Below are positions 1 through 14,351 of a stretch of DNA of 64,000 bases, piece after piece. The first letter of the stretch is position 1. Each line of letters begins with the position of its first letter. The notes beneath the pieces were generated by a model. That model was not told the origin of the DNA and made no database searches. It worked only from the letters and a program-made list of their open reading frames with translations. Both the position numbers and the translations under genes were made by a program. This DNA comes from Octopus vulgaris (Eukaryota). Where the stretch lies: NCBI GenBank assembly GCA_951406725.2, contig OX597814.1, positions 30,318,001 to 30,382,000 on the forward strand. Reading direction: 5' to 3'.

Positions 1-241
1 AAAAGACCGATTAAGCAATATATTCACACAAAAACATTCGGTCATTCTCTTCTAGCAAATAAAAGAATAACAAAAACGACGGTTTAAAATAAAAAAATAT
101 TTTTTCTTCATAAATAATCTTTTAAAACATTTAAAATAAAATTAAAAAAAAGTATAAGTGTTAACATAGTCCAACAATTTCTGTATTTTGAACAACGTAT
201 ATGAAATTTACAAATGATTTAAATGGTATGGCACTGAAGCT

Positions 242-247
242 TTTATT
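242..247 (-). promoter_or_regulatory. Candidate polyadenylation signal AATAAA of the TLC gene
   Basis: TTTATT on + strand, ~40 nt past the stop codon. The AT-rich context makes a chance match plausible. Confidence 0.25.
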
Positions 248-286
248 TCGGTTGTCAAAGACTACCGGTATTTTAGTTGTGAGAGT

Positions 287-1208
287 TTAAACTGTTTCTT
301 TGTTAAACTGTTCAGTCTTGTATGCATTTAGATGACACAGTTCTTTATTTTCACTGATGCCCGTATTTGCAACTTTGTTAGTATCTGTAAACGTACTAAA
401 ATCATTATGGTGAAATTGAATAGCTTTATTACTTTTTTCACCAGATACTTTTGGAACAGCAGATGCTGAATTGTTCTTCAAAATAGATTTAGGGTTTGGG
501 GATTTCATGCATTTTGCGTGCTTATTTTTGTCGCTTTTTACGTGTAAATATGAAAGGATATTCAAGTAGAAAGAATGTTTATCGTTGGGTAAAACTGGTG
601 GTCTGCTTTGTGATTTATTCAGCTGCCATACAAAGCGTAAATTGAAAGCCAATCTGAAAATAAGCCACGTATTGATAATTCCGAAGAAAACGATTGACAA
701 AAAGAAGAACGCAAGAGGAATACTTTCCATAGCAAAGATGTGCTGTTTGTTATAAATATAAATGAAACTAACAATTGGACAGACTCCTCGAAGAAAAATC
801 ATGGCGACCAACTCTATGAAATGCAATTTGAAGCTTGATTTTGGCTTCGTTTCTGAACGCTTAAGTTTATTTGCAATTTTTAAAAGTATAACCGGCGACG
901 AAGTTGTTTCCATAAAGGGACCAAGCAAACCGGCAAACATGTTTTGTTCAAATCCGTTGATCACAATGTAAGTGCTGAGTGCGACGAAATGGTGAATAAG
1001 TACTGCTGGATATCTGTCTTTCATAGAAAAAATCCGTACAAAGCAAAGATAGAAATATTTGCCTATGCTGAAATTGTACGTCATTTTAAGAACTTTGGAT
1101 ATGTGTGCTCCTTCAGGAAAAAACAGTGGGTACCGTAAAACATCCGTTTCAATCAAGCACCAGATTGCTAGAATCACTCCAACCCATATTAGAATTTGTT
1201 CAGTTATT
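287..1208 (-). CDS. TLC (TRAM/LAG1/CLN8) domain membrane protein, terminal coding exon
   Basis: Long ORF with several hydrophobic helices and TLC-type motifs (VLIHHFV di-histidine, FMETTSSP, MIFLRG). Acceptor ttttataatttcAG at 1210-1209 is phase 2; stop TAA at 289-287. The N-terminal ~33 aa in the ORF track come from an intronic pentamer microsatellite. Confidence 0.85.
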
Positions 1209-2748
1209 CTGAAATTATAAAAAATAAAATATATGATATGATATGATATAATATAATATGATATAATATAATATAATATAACAATACAATACAATATGAT
1301 TTGATACACAAAATAAGATGATATAATACTTTATTGACTAAAATGTTGATGGGTTGAGGAAAGATTAATTATACGCCGAACAAATTACAAGACTATATAG
1401 AAATAAAATTGATGGTATGCATTAAAAAGCTTGAAACTAAAAAAATCCCACGAGTCAAACTAATAAATAAAATGGTTAAACAAGTGGTTAAAAGTGTATT
1501 CGGAAAAGCCATTGTTTCTATATTATATAGAAAAGTGAATAGAAATGCCATGGGAACTGTAGTTATTGTTGTTTAATCCCCCACCACTTCTCATGTCAGG
1601 CTGGGTGTAGTCTTGTTTTTGTTGCTTCTTGCTTGCTGGAGGATAGGGCCGAGCCCATGGCTTTCGCAAGCCCTCATTGACCGAAAAGATTTCTTTACCA
1701 CTTGAACCTTTGTCGATCAACACCTGCGAAAAAGATATGAGCAAGGAGGGAATTTCAGAAGGCTGCATTCTGGTAAGGACTGACCAAATGCTGCGATAAA
1801 TGCGTGAATTTGGGGGTTAGACACAAAAGTATAACGGCCCTAGTGCAAATAACGAGAAACGAAACCGAGCCTGTATTATTCTCAAGAGATTTTGAGATAA
1901 TCAAGATTTAAAAAGAGATATCTAGAAAAGAGAACACTCCTTTATTTTACCGGAAATGCCTAGAGCTAGGAATGGTCCTTTATTTGTAAGCATGTAATTG
2001 TCTCATAACGTAAGCATTCTGCTTTAAGACTACATATAGTTATCTAAATTGTCGATCTTATTCAGCTATCATCAAAATTTTTGAAAGCATCAACGATATA
2101 GGGCAAGTTCAAGCGGATATTGAAATAACTCGTGGATACACAACTCACATCTTCACGAATTTTGCCTGTCATTTTCCATAACGGATATATCGTTTCTACA
2201 CCGCATAAAATATTTCAATAATTCGTTGGATTTACAAAACTTGGGATTGTGACTTGAACCGGATCTTATGTTTATGTTTATTTGTATGATAGTTTAGACA
2301 TATTAACCGTTTCATAAGTAGAGCGACGATGATTCAGAGTTTTAGAGCAAATGAACAGGTGGTCGACGAGTTATCGCTGAACCTCAAGTCGGCCCTTATT
2401 CAAATCTATAGCAAAAGTCATTCTTGTTACGATCAGCTTCTCTCTCTCTCTCTCTAGCATAAATGTCTGTAGCTCTACGTTATTCAATTTCTCTCACTTC
2501 CACTCTCTAACATGGTAGGATGTGATTTGAGGCTGATTTTCTACAAACGACACTTTTCTGGTGTCTTGAACATTAAAATACCTTGACTCTAACGAATCCC
2601 ATATTTATATACACACACACACACAGTTATTGCGTGTTACGCTAAGAAGCAGTACACAGTACCAGAATTTTCGATCGAGCCAAATATAACTACTCCAAAT
2701 TGTTTTTAGAGTATCCTCATAAGTGGAGTCAGTACCGGTTAGCTTACC

Positions 2749-2809
<61 letters not shown>

Positions 2810-5800
2810 CTCTCTCTCTACCTCTTTCTTTTACCTATCTTTCATATACCGAAGTCATGTGTAAAAATATATCTACGGTATTTAAGAATTCAGTTATTAA
2901 CATATCGTAAAACTCTAAATCATAACTGGAATAACATCAAAATTATGTATATTATGCAATTATATAAATGTTTATATTTCATTGAAACAGCTGTTAAAGA
3001 CAAATTAGGAATCATATGTAATTTATGCGTGCCTGCCGCTTATTCTAGGTATTTCTTGAATTGGATAATGGCCGTCTGGTTAAGGAGTTCACTTTGAAGT
3101 CACGTGGTTTCAGATTCAGTCCCACAGTGCGGCACCTTAGGCAAGTGTCTTCTACTAAAGCCCCGGATCGACCTATGCCTCGTGAGTGAATTTGGGACCC
3201 GGACAGTATGGAAACCCGCCGTAAATGTGCAGGCGTGTGCTTGTCCTCACCCCTTGACAACCGCTGCTGGTTTCTTTACGTCCCTTAACTTATTGGTTCA
3301 ACAAAAGACTAGGCTAGGGAAACTACCAGGCTTGAATAAAAAAAAAAGACCTATTGAGAAACGATTTGTTCGACTAAACCCTTAAAGGACTGAAACAAGT
3401 AACAGATAAAAGACCGTCCATTGCCCCTTTTTTTACGACATGAATGTGCGATTTGAGAGTCATGTACAGGCACTTTTGCTGACTCGGGAATCAGTGAGTT
3501 CGCAGAAACTAAAGTTTTCGAGGAAATACATAATTTAGTTGTGATTTCTATAATAGTTTAATGAAATCCAATGAGGTATCAAGAAGATAAGTAGTATTAA
3601 TATAATTAAAAGGGAGCGCCATAACTTAAGTGATTGCCACTTTGTTAAGCGGGAAACCGAATCTCAGATCCCATTTTATTGTGTGTTATTGGAGCCAAAG
3701 TAGAAGATTGGGTGATCATCCGACAATCAAGGAATAGCAGATACATTTCCGTTAAAATCACACGGCAGTCATACAAAGTGTGAAGAGAAGAAAAAAAACT
3801 TTGGTATAAGAGTAGTAATTGATACACTATATCGAGAAGTATAAAATGAGTGGAAACAGCTGGAAGGCTGGTGATCATATCTCTGTTTAGCCAGAGTCGA
3901 CATGGGAGAGAACAGAAAAAAAAAAAAAGCAGGAGAGGGGGGAAATAGAGGTGGGAGAGAGAGAGAGAAGTAATTTTAGAAAGACTTTAAAGTTAATATT
4001 TTAACGATATCACGACTCATGTTTTCTCGTTGAAATGCATCTGTCTAAAGATTGAAAAACGATACTGGTTAATACATAGCTGTCTTACACGAAAATAACG
4101 TTCATGCTTACTTCCTTCTATGCGTAAGGTCCCTTAGCTGAGGGACTGATTGATTTCGTTACATTTAAAGAAAACGAGAGTAGTAGGTGATCATGTCTCT
4201 CAATAAATTCGTCGGCAGGCAACGCATCCAAGAACACACTCTGCTTGGCAGAACTCATATCATCTCTCCACTTTTTAACCACTGGGGAAGTTGAAAAATC
4301 AGCACGGCAAGCGCGCGTGTTGTCGCTATTTCCAACAGTGAGACACGTCTATTTTCCACTGCGTGAAATGCAAATCACGTAATTTAGACTCATAACAAGA
4401 TCCAGATGGTCGACTTGTCTGTAGTTAGTTACTCAACTGAATTGATCTGCTGTGGTCTTCTTATTGGCTGGTAAGTATTAATTCAGGAAGAACAATTTTC
4501 TTAATGAAATTAGCTTAAATTCGATCTAAAAAAAGAATTCATTTTTATATTATCTACTCCTAAACAGATTACATAGTATTAATATATAACATTGATACAG
4601 AGTACTACATGTTGGGAGAGTATATAGCAATCTGGGCAGTTTGCTGGACTTATTTAATCAACCCCCGGAAAGATAGAAGGCAAAGTAGATTTCAGCGGGA
4701 CATGAACCCAATATATATAGACCGTCACTAAATACATCAGGGATTTTATCCGATGCTCTAACTATTCTAGCTAACTAAATTTAATGAACAGGTGTTGTAA
4801 ACAACGGGTTATAAAAGACGTAAAAGGGAAATTGAAAGCAAAAATAACAAAGGTTTTCATTGCAAGATGAAAAAGCAGATAATGAACTTTCTTTGTTAGT
4901 AAGTCTTTCTACACATGGAATTGTGAAAATGCAACTGAGTACGACTTCTCACTCAATGAGAGAGGCAACGTGGAAGCCACACTCAGAGATGGACTGAAGG
5001 CACGCATCGAAGAATATTTCTTGATTTACTGAGAAGTTTCTCCATGGTCATACAACCGGCTAGGAATAGCAGCCAAATCTCTGGTATATCATACTCGCCG
5101 CCGTTTTAGTAACGGTCACATTGGATGCTTTAGGTCAAGACTTTCTCAAGATAGGAAATTGACACGAGTGTCACGGAGAAGGGGAGCCTATTATAATAAT
5201 TTCATTGGCATCTAGGATGCTTCATAAGAATAGAAGTTTAATTCAATAATTGGCCGGTAATCGACTCCAGTACTTGACTAGTACACATTTTTATGAACTA
5301 CTTAAAAGGGATTTCAACTCAGAAATATAAAAGAATACTTTGTCTGTTACTGCTATTCCTCGCCCATAAAAAAAAAACTGGGCTGCGGCCATGCAACGGT
5401 ATAGAGGGTTTTAGTCAAACAAATCGACTTTAGTACTTATATTCTAGGTTCTGTAATCTATCGGTTACTTTTGCCGAACTGTTGAGTTATGGGGACGTAT
5501 ACAGTTGCCAAGAGGGAATGGGGATACATATACACACACTACAGGTTTCTTCAGATTCTTTCTTCCAAAATCATACGCAAGGCATCGGTCGATCCCAGAC
5601 TGTAGTAGATAACACTTGACCAGGATACCGCACATTGGGACTGAATCCCAAATCATGTGGTTGCAAAGAGAATTTCTCAATTATCCAGATATGTCTATAA
5701 TTTCTGATGCCATACGGCCACACATTTCGGAGAGTGGTTATAGTTAATTAAATCTGCAATTAAAGCTATCGAGATTTTCTACTCACAGCAAGTGTAAATA

Positions 5801-6285
5801 TAGCTGCAACTGAACTCACTGACCAGCTGATTCTAAAACATATCCCGCACACACACGCATTTAATTTTTCAATATGTATTTGGCAACTTATATACGAATA
5901 TGAGCATTAATAAAACTCAGGGCCAAACACTAAGAGTTGCTGGATTGCAACTTGAAGAACATATCTATTTAAATAAAGAACATACCTATTTAAATGAAGT
6001 AAGCTAAATCAAATCTTTTTGCTTATGCAGCCCAAAATAAAACAAAAACATTGTTTATAAAGAAATATTCTCTCTTAATACATGAATACTTCAATAACTT
6101 AATTTGCCATTACTATCATTCCATTCAAGAACGAGTAAATAACCTATTTAAATGAAGTCTATTATATAATTGCCATTGTTGTATTGATAAATAAAGTAAC
6201 ACATACAACTCACTTATTATTATCATATAATAAACAAACAGAAGTTTATATACGGAATTGATCTTTTTTCTACTTCAATTATTAT

Positions 6286-6593
6286 ATGAGATCGATGCTT
6301 TCAAGAGATCAATCAGCTGAACCATCTGCAGAGCAGCTTATGAAGCTCGGTGAAGAGTGAGTTCCAATTGATAAAGAACAGTTTCTCACACCCAATCCAA
6401 TATGTAATTCAACTGATTCTGTCGATGATTTGGTGGATGAAATCTTTCCTAGTCTTCTTCGTAATTACAACAAAACAGACTGGATCCGTGAGCGAGCTAT
6501 CCTAGCTCCAAGAAATGTTGCCGTATATAGCATTAATAATATGCTTTTGAATAAACTTCCGGAAGAAGTATTCACTTATAACTCAATTGACAC
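6286..6593 (+). pseudogene. Helitron RepHel PIF1-like helicase fragment
   Basis: MRSMLSRDQSAEPSAEQLMKLGEE*...WIRERAILAPRNVAVYSINNMLLNKLPEEVFTYNSIDT matches the RAILAPxN..IN..L.GE..Y.S.D block of Helitron helicases; one in-frame stop. Confidence 0.8.
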
Positions 6594-6659
6594 ATACAAA
6601 CATATATATACGTATATACACATATACATACATATACGTATATATACATACTCTTTATT

Positions 6660-6869
6660 CCCTTTTACTCTTTTACTTGTTTCAGTCATTTGACTATGGC
6701 CATACTGGAGCACCGCCTTTAGGTCAAGGAAATCGACCCCAGGACTTATTCTTTGTAAGCCTAGTGCTTATTCTATCGGTCTCTTTTGCCGAACCGCTAA
6801 GTAACGGGGACATAAACACACCAGTATCGGTTGTCAAGCAATGCTAGGGGGACAAACACAGACACACAA

Positions 6870-6935
<66 letters not shown>

Positions 6936-7080
6936 GACAGGCTTCTTTCAGTTTCCGTCTACCAAATCCACTCACAAGGCATTGGTCGGCCCGGGGCTAT
7001 AGCAGAAGACACTTGCCCAAGATGCCACGCAGTGGGACTGAACCCGGAACCATGTGGTTGGTTAGCAAGCTACTGACCAC
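6660..7080 (-). mobile_element. SINE family A (tRNA head, CORE-like accttgggcaagtg box, internal (TA)n, LINE-type tail)
   Basis: Near full-length copy of the most abundant repeat in the window. Degenerate or partial copies also at ~3060-3410, 5380-5700, 8570-8940, 9260-9480, 10290-10700, 12140-12400, 19270-19500, 26260-26560, 32245-32390, 33675-33845, 36105-36260, 38087-38238, 45345-45540, 49057-49225, 58680-59410. Confidence 0.9.
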
Positions 7081-7625
7081 ATATACACATACATATATAT
7101 ATATAAATATAATCATTGTTATTATAAAACATTGTCCTATTGTTATGGCACAGCATTTACACGTTCAAACAATATTGCTCTTATCAACATTATCTCCACC
7201 AATAATACTATATATAGGCAGGCAGGCATACCCACGCATGTACGTGAGTACACACACACACACACATACACACACGAAACAATATTGTTGGGGTCTTTTA
7301 AAGAGCAGGAGTCTATCATCTGACCTTGACAGCTTTTTGATTTGCTGTTTTAATTAAGCACAGCACAGCAAAGGCGGATGTGTATACATAGTGTGAGAAA
7401 TATTAAGTGAAGTATGAAAATGATTTGTGGTATTCAAGTTTCTAGGAAGCTATATGGGATTGGCTGAAAATGACATGATGTAATTCATCCGGGTTCTTTT
7501 CTTTCTTTCTTTCTCTTTAAATCCTGCTCTTCACTTGTCCTTTATCTCGCTATTAATAACAACCTTAGACGTTCGAGTCAACAAAGCTGGTCGTTCAATC
7601 CGCTAAAAATAGCAACCAGACACCC

Positions 7626-7808
7626 AACAAATTATGCCCTTCTCTTTAAAAAAAGAGGGGACAAATTTGGTAACAATAAAATACTCATACGAACCTATAT
7701 AACTGTCTATAAAGAAACAAATTATGCCCTTCTCTTTAAAAAAAGAGGGGACAAATTTGGTAACAATAAAATACTCATACGAACCTATATAACTGTCTAT
7801 AAAGAAAC
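7626..7808 (+). repeat. Perfect 90-bp tandem duplication
   Basis: aacaaattatgcccttc...ctataaaga repeated exactly at a period of 90. Confidence 0.95.
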
Positions 7809-8032
7809 CGATTACAATACATTAAGTATGTTTATTTCATAATGTATTTTTTTCTTTACCTTCTGTTACAAAATACATAATCTTTTTAAGTACATACTTA
7901 ATGAAGTTGTATTGTTTGTCTTGTATTGACTTTACCAGATTTTTGTTTTATAAGCAACAAACAAGAAATCCCTGTGAGTTACTCACAAAACTAGTACTTG
8001 GGGTAGTCACTCCTCTCGTGGATCAAACAAAA

Positions 8033-8420
8033 GTGGAGGCGCAATGGCCCAGTGGTTAGGGCAGCGGACTCGCGGTCGTAGAATCGCGGTTTCGATTCCC
8101 AGACCGGGTGTTGTGAGTGTTTATTGAGCGAAAATACTTAAAAGCTCCACGAGGCTCCGGCAGGGATGGTGGTGATCCCTGCTGTACTCTTTCACCACAA
8201 CTTTCTCTCACTCTTACTTCCTGTTTCTGTTGTACCTGTATTTTCAAAGGGCCGGCCTTGTCACTCTCTGTGTCACGCTGAATATCCCCGAGAACTACGT
8301 TAAGGGTACACGTGTCTGTGGAGTGCTCAGCCACTTACACGTTAATTTCACGAGCAGGCTGTTCCGTTGATCGGATCAACCGGAACCCTCGTCGTCGTAA
8401 CCGACGGAGTGCTTCCACCA
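8033..8420 (+). mobile_element. SINE family B (tRNA-derived, ~385 bp, young)
   Basis: Pol III A box (tggcccagtgg) and B box (gtttcgattcc); TSD ggatcaaacaa; near-identical to the other copies. Confidence 0.9.
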
Positions 8421-9479
8421 GGATCAAACAATAGTCCTTGTAGGCGGTGAAGTGACAGTCATTTAAGCGTCTCGACTCTCTACGACCTGAGTTCAAACCC
8501 TCCGAGGATAACATAGTTTTTAAAAATTTTTTTATCCTTCCAAGGACGATAAAGAAAATACTTGTGCTGTAGGTGCAGGTATGGTTGTGTAGTTAAAAAG
8601 TTCGCTTTGAAATCAATTGGTTTTGGGCTCAATCTCACTACGCGGCACCTAGGGCAAATGTCTTCTCAATAATCCTGGGTCAACCAATCAATGCATTACG
8701 AGTGAATTTGGTAATCGGAAACTATGTAGAAGCCCATCATTTGTGTGTGTATGTGTGTGTGTGTGTGCGTATGTGTCCGCGCCAACGCTTGATAACCGGT
8801 GTTGGTTTGTTTACATCCTCACAACACCGCTTCGGCTAAAAAGCCGATAGAGCAAGTACTAGACTTTAAAAAATTAGTACTGAGGGTTGATTTGTTCGAC
8901 TAAAACCCTTCAATGACAGAAACAAGTGAAAAAATAAAAGACGGTATCTTGGTGAACAGCAAAAAAAATATCACTGGGACTAGTTTCAATACTAAGTTGG
9001 GATGTCATCAGTAACTGAGTAACCTTTTTGGCTGAAATCTTCAGCACAGTACAGCAATCTGTAACAAAACACTGTTAGAGCACCAGCTACTTGTTGGCCA
9101 AACAAGCTGCATTTTCAATGGAATCAGTATCTGATTTAATTAATCCTTTAGTAATACCGGATTTATGAAGTGTCTCTGTGAACAGGAGAAATTTAACAGG
9201 ACAGAAACTAATCCAGTCGATATCTTTTTTTTTTCTTTCTGTCCACGAAAATATCGTTTATCTTTTATTTGTTTCAGTCATTGGATCACGGTCATGCTGG
9301 GATACTGCCTTGAAGAGTACGTACTTTTTTTTTTAATCTGGCACTTATACTGTTAGTTTTTGTCTTTTTGTCAAACTGCTAAGTTACGGGGACGTAACAA
9401 ACTAATACTGGTTGTCATGCAGTGGTAAACGGAAACACTCACAAACACACGCGTGTGCGCGTTTTGCCTCCACACAGTT

Positions 9480-9888
9480 TCTTAGTTCTTTACTGCCCAC
9501 AAGGGGTTACACACAGAGGGGACAAATAAGGACAGACAAACGGATTAAGTCGATTATATCGGCCCCAGTGCGTAACTGGTACTTATTTAATCCCGAAAGG
9601 ATGAAAGGCAAAGTCGACCTCGGCGGAATTTGAACTCAGAACATAAAGACAGGCGAAATACCTATTTCTTTACTAGGGGCTAAACACAGAGAAGACAAAC
9701 AAGAACAGACAAACGGATTAAGTCGATTATATCGGCCCCAGTGCGTAACTGGTACTTATTTAATCGATCCCGAAAGGATGAAAGGCAAAGTCGACCTCGG
9801 CGGAATTTGAACCCAGAACGTAACAGCAGACGAAATACGGCTACGCATTTCGCCCGGCGTGCTAACGTTTCTGCCAGCTCGCCGCCTT
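9480..9888 (-). mobile_element. SINE family C (dimeric; core gtcgactttgcctttcatcctttcggggtcgataaattaagtacc)
   Basis: Two tandem core units behind a ggcggcgagctggcagaa head. Further copies at ~4620-4770, 36970-37180, 41640-41850, 50180-50325, 53725-54090, 55474-55650. Confidence 0.85.
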
Positions 9889-10815
9889 CGCTTCTACATA
9901 GTTTCTGTCCCACCAAATTCACTCACAAAGCATTGGTTAGTTCGGTGCTGCATAGTGAAACAACTCGAAACCACATGGCTGCAAATCGAGCTTCTTAACC
10001 ACACTTAAAAACAAAATATTTTACATCCGCAATAGCGCTCCCTGGTGAGGTATGGTGGAGGTACTCAGTATCTTGATGGGTCGGGATTTTTTTAGAAACA
10101 TATGTAAACGTAACACAAAACAGATCTTTAAGCAAAATTATTAAATAATCTTTGGAAGGATTAGAAGAGGTCATGATGTTATCGGTGAACAGAAACACAA
10201 CTGACATTCAACCATAATCAAATATAATTTCTTTATGTAATTCCTTATCTTTCTTTTTATTTTTTTAGCATTTTTACCTTTTACGTTTTTTATTTGTTTC
10301 AGTCACCGGAATGTGGCTATGCTGGGGCACCGCCATAAAAGGTTTATTAATTACTCATTGCGGCGTAGTTAAGGAGGTAGCATTGCAAACACGTGCTTCC
10401 GGCAAGTGTCATATCCCTTATAGCTTCAGATCGACCAATGACATGAGAGTCAACTTGATAAACGGAAACTGCGTGGAATCTCATATGTGTGTGTGTCTTC
10501 GTGTTTGTGTTTGTCTTTCCCACCATCACTTGACATCCGGTGTTGATTTATTTGTGTCCCCTTAACATAGCGATTTGGTAAAAGAGATCGATAGGATAAG
10601 TACCAATCATTAAAAATAAGGAATGCGGTCCATTTGTTCGACTAAATTCTTCAAGGGAGTGCTGCAGCATGGGCATAGTCCAATGATTGAAACAAGGAAC
10701 ACATTTAGAGCCTTATTCTTTGTTACTTTAGACAATTCAACGACGTTCGCGTTTTTATTTTCAAAAATTGAGATTCTTATGCAAAATATATTCAAATCGA
10801 TATGCGTTTTTGAAC

Positions 10816-10867
<52 letters not shown>

Positions 10868-11104
10868 TTTCTGTATAATTCGATCTCAGTATTTCTTGAT
10901 TTGTAAATAAGCATCTACTTATGCTTTATTTCCGAATCGAACATATAATATATTTTGGAACTGGTGCTCGAAGTACTTCTAAAGCTATAAATAATATAAC
11001 ATTCACATGCTATTATTTATAGCTTTATGCGTACTTTGAGATCCAGTTCCAAAAAGGAACTATTCCACGTTTTCTCGAAAGCTTATAAACTCTTGTGACG
11101 TCAA

Positions 11105-11150
<46 letters not shown>

Positions 11151-12614
11151 TTATATATAATAGACAAGGAAACGTCAAAAACACGGCATATGAATAGATA
11201 CAGATGAGTGTTCACGACTAGACCTAGTACAAAATGTCGAACGAAGGGCAATTAACAGCTGGGTGTAAATAATATATTAGTCAAGTTTATAATAAAAGAA
11301 ATGAGAGAAGCCTCTACCAATGCATCTTCCGTATTACAATGCTTCAAACAAATTACAACGCTCTTTAGTCGAGTCTGTGTATGAGCGTTATATTAATACA
11401 TCTGTTTGTTTTGGACACCACCTGCCTTCGTTTTTTGTTTTTTTCGTAAGGCCTCCCTATATATATATATATATACACACACACATTGTGTGTGTGTGTG
11501 TGTGTGTGAAAGAGAGAGAGAGAGAGATAGAGAGAAAGAGGAAGTGTTCTTGATCCTTATCACCATTTTTTATATTCCCCATATCAATCGAGATAATGTG
11601 TCATTCATAAATCATTATTAATGGATTTGAATAAAAAATTACTACTAAACAAAAATCGAAGAGAGAGAGGGGGGGAGGAAGAAGAGAGAGAGGAAGGGAA
11701 GAAGAGAGATAGGGGGAGAGGAATAAGAGAGCGCGAGAGGTAGAGGAAGAAGAGAGAGAGGAGGGGAAGAGGAAGAGGAGCGAGAGGTAGAGGAAGAAGA
11801 GAGAGGAAGAGGAAGAAGGAGAGAGAGAGATTTAGGGAGAACAGAGGTAGGATTAACTTAATCCTATTAATCCAGTCGTATTGTTCAGTCGGCAGACTAT
11901 CGGACATTTTTTTTTAACGTAATGCTGTAAATACCAGGAATTCTACAGAACAATCTCTAACTCATAGTTGCCCACTTCTACTTTCATCCAGGCGTGTCGT
12001 TAGTTGTCTGGATTTCACCCCCAGGTCAACCAGATTACGCATGCTCCTTGACTCAATCAACGCCAGTGGTTCAGAAACATCTTGACGTAGTAGTAGTACA
12101 ATGGAAATCAAACGAAAATATTGTTGTCGGCGCCATTAAAGCGCAGGCATGGGTGTATGGTCAACAGGCTAGCTTTGTAACTAAATGATCTCGGGTTCAG
12201 TTTCACTGAGCGGCACTTTGGACAAGTGTCTTCTGTTATAAATCTGAGCCAACCAATGATTTGTGAGTAAATTTGATAGATGGAAACTGTGTGGAAGCGT
12301 GTAGTGTGTGTGTGTGTGTGTGTGTGTGTGGTTCGGCAAAAACTTAAAAGAAGTTCTTAGGTCGATCTGTTCGACTAAACACTTCATGGCGTTGCCCCAG
12401 CGGCTCTTAACGCCTATGGTTAAACTGAACTTCCTTTGTTAATCTTATAAAAAAAAAACCCGTTGAAAACGTGCTGATTTTCAAAACGGTAAAAGTGTAT
12501 ACAACAAATTAAAAGGCTGGCTTATTAGCAATTAGAATCTGAAAGCAAAACCAATATAGGTCAGAAAAGTAACAGAGGGTGCTGACTAGAACCGCTTATA
12601 CGAAAATAAGAGTT

Positions 12615-12657
<43 letters not shown>

Positions 12658-13938
12658 CATTAAAATAAGCAACAGGATATCAAGTAGTGATGGAGTACAA
12701 CCGTTTCAAGCAACTCCATTTCATTCAACAATGCAATCATTACATCAATTCAAACGCAGTGCCATTATCAGCTGCAGAAAAGAATAGAATTTTAACCAGC
12801 TCCGAATTGTGTAAAAGTGTATAGGATAATATATCAGTTGAATAAAGCTACAACATGTTCTGGTTTCCACGCTTTTTATTATTGCGTTTAAAACAATTTT
12901 TTTATAATGTTGAAGTGTATCAAACATTAAAAAAATGTGTGTGAAGGTGCATGGCTCAGTGCTTAGAGCGTCGAGCTTACGATCGTGAGGTTGTGAGTTC
13001 GAATCCCGGACCAGGCTACCTGTTGTATTCTTGTGCAAGAAACATTATTTTCCGCTGATACATACATACATACATACATACATACATACATACATACATA
13101 CATGCATGCATGCATGCATATGGTGGCTGTCTACTTCTTATGCAAAATTTGACCACCTCCTGTACCTACACTTTAGAACCGATGTGACTTTTTAAACCAG
13201 ACAATGTTTTGAAAAGACATCCATATAGATTGCATATCCAATTTAGGCTACCAGGAGCTGCAGATAAGTTCTGATCTTAAAATATGTCTAGTTATTGAAA
13301 CCGTCCAAAAAAGGTATGTGCGAGAGGAATGTGATCCTCCAAGCCGTCTCAGGGGATAGTAACTCCAAATAAGACTTGATTCGTGACGACTCATCCAACC
13401 CATGCCGATATGGAAAACATGAAAAATTGATGAGATTGATAGTGCTAAATTGTACTATTATGTAAATAAGCTTTACCAGTCACAAGTTTTCTTTACAAAT
13501 AATAATTATCTAGTCACTACTGTTATCAACAGTTTTGAAACGAGAAAGGAATGTTAATGAGTTGTTAAATGACACTAAAATAGATCAATCGGTTCCATCC
13601 TGTCGGCGAGACTAAATATAGCGGGATATGAATTCATGTACACAGACACGATTATATGTACGTTTGCGTGCATACGTATACACACACAACACAACGCATG
13701 CATGTGTATGAATGCAGTAAGGCCAAAATGTCTTTTTGATGAACTGCAAAGTTACGGAGGTTGAGAGACAAATACAAATACACATATATGATTGGGTGGT
13801 TAGATCGTTGGGTAAACTGCTTCGTAACATCGATCCGGCTCCTACGCTATGGGCTCAAATCCTGCCAAGGGTAATTTTACATTTATGTCCAACCCATGCT
13901 ACCATGGAAAGCGGACGTTAAGCGATGATGATGATGAT

Positions 13939-14351
13939 ACTCTTTACTCTTTTACTTGTTTCAGTCATTTGACTGCGGCCATGCTGGAGCACCGCCTTTA
14001 GTCGAGCAAATCGACCCCAGGACTTATTCTTTATAAGCCTAGTACTTATTCTATCGGTCTCTTTTGCCGAACCACTAAGTTACGGGAACGTAAACACACC
14101 AACATCGGTTGTCAAGCGATGTTGTTGGGGGGGGGGGACAAACACAGACACACAAACATATAAACACGCATATATATATATACATTCATGCGACGGGCTT
14201 CATTTCAGTTTCCGTCTACCAAATCCACTCACAAGGCTTTGGTCGGCCCGAGGCTATAGCAGAAGACACTTGCCCAAGGTGACACGCAGTGGGACTGAAC
14301 CCAGAACCAAGTGGTTGGTAAGCAAGCTACTTACCACACATCCACTCCTGC
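13939..14351 (-). mobile_element. SINE family A, full length
   Basis: Complete head-to-tail match to the other copies; (agagtaaa)n tail. Confidence 0.9.

Noticed and set aside
1209-1309. N-terminal extension MYQIILYCIV... of the 340-aa ORF
   Set aside because: It is an intronic (ATATG/ATATA/ATACA)n microsatellite upstream of a good splice acceptor.
6831-7076. Recurrent ORFs such as [13 protein letters not shown]..., [14 protein letters not shown]..., MVVIPAVLFHHN... and MRNWYL...
   Set aside because: Chance frames within SINE families A-C; they recur because the SINEs do.
8033-8105. tRNA-like sequences at SINE heads (also 16384, 25723, 30359, 34050)
   Set aside because: They continue into SINE bodies, most with TSDs, and lack a proper cloverleaf acceptor stem; not tRNA genes.
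8971-9015. Minus-strand CTGATGA...GAAACTAGTC hammerhead-like string
   Set aside because: Core and a palindromic stem III are present, but stems I and II do not pair and there is no second copy in the window.
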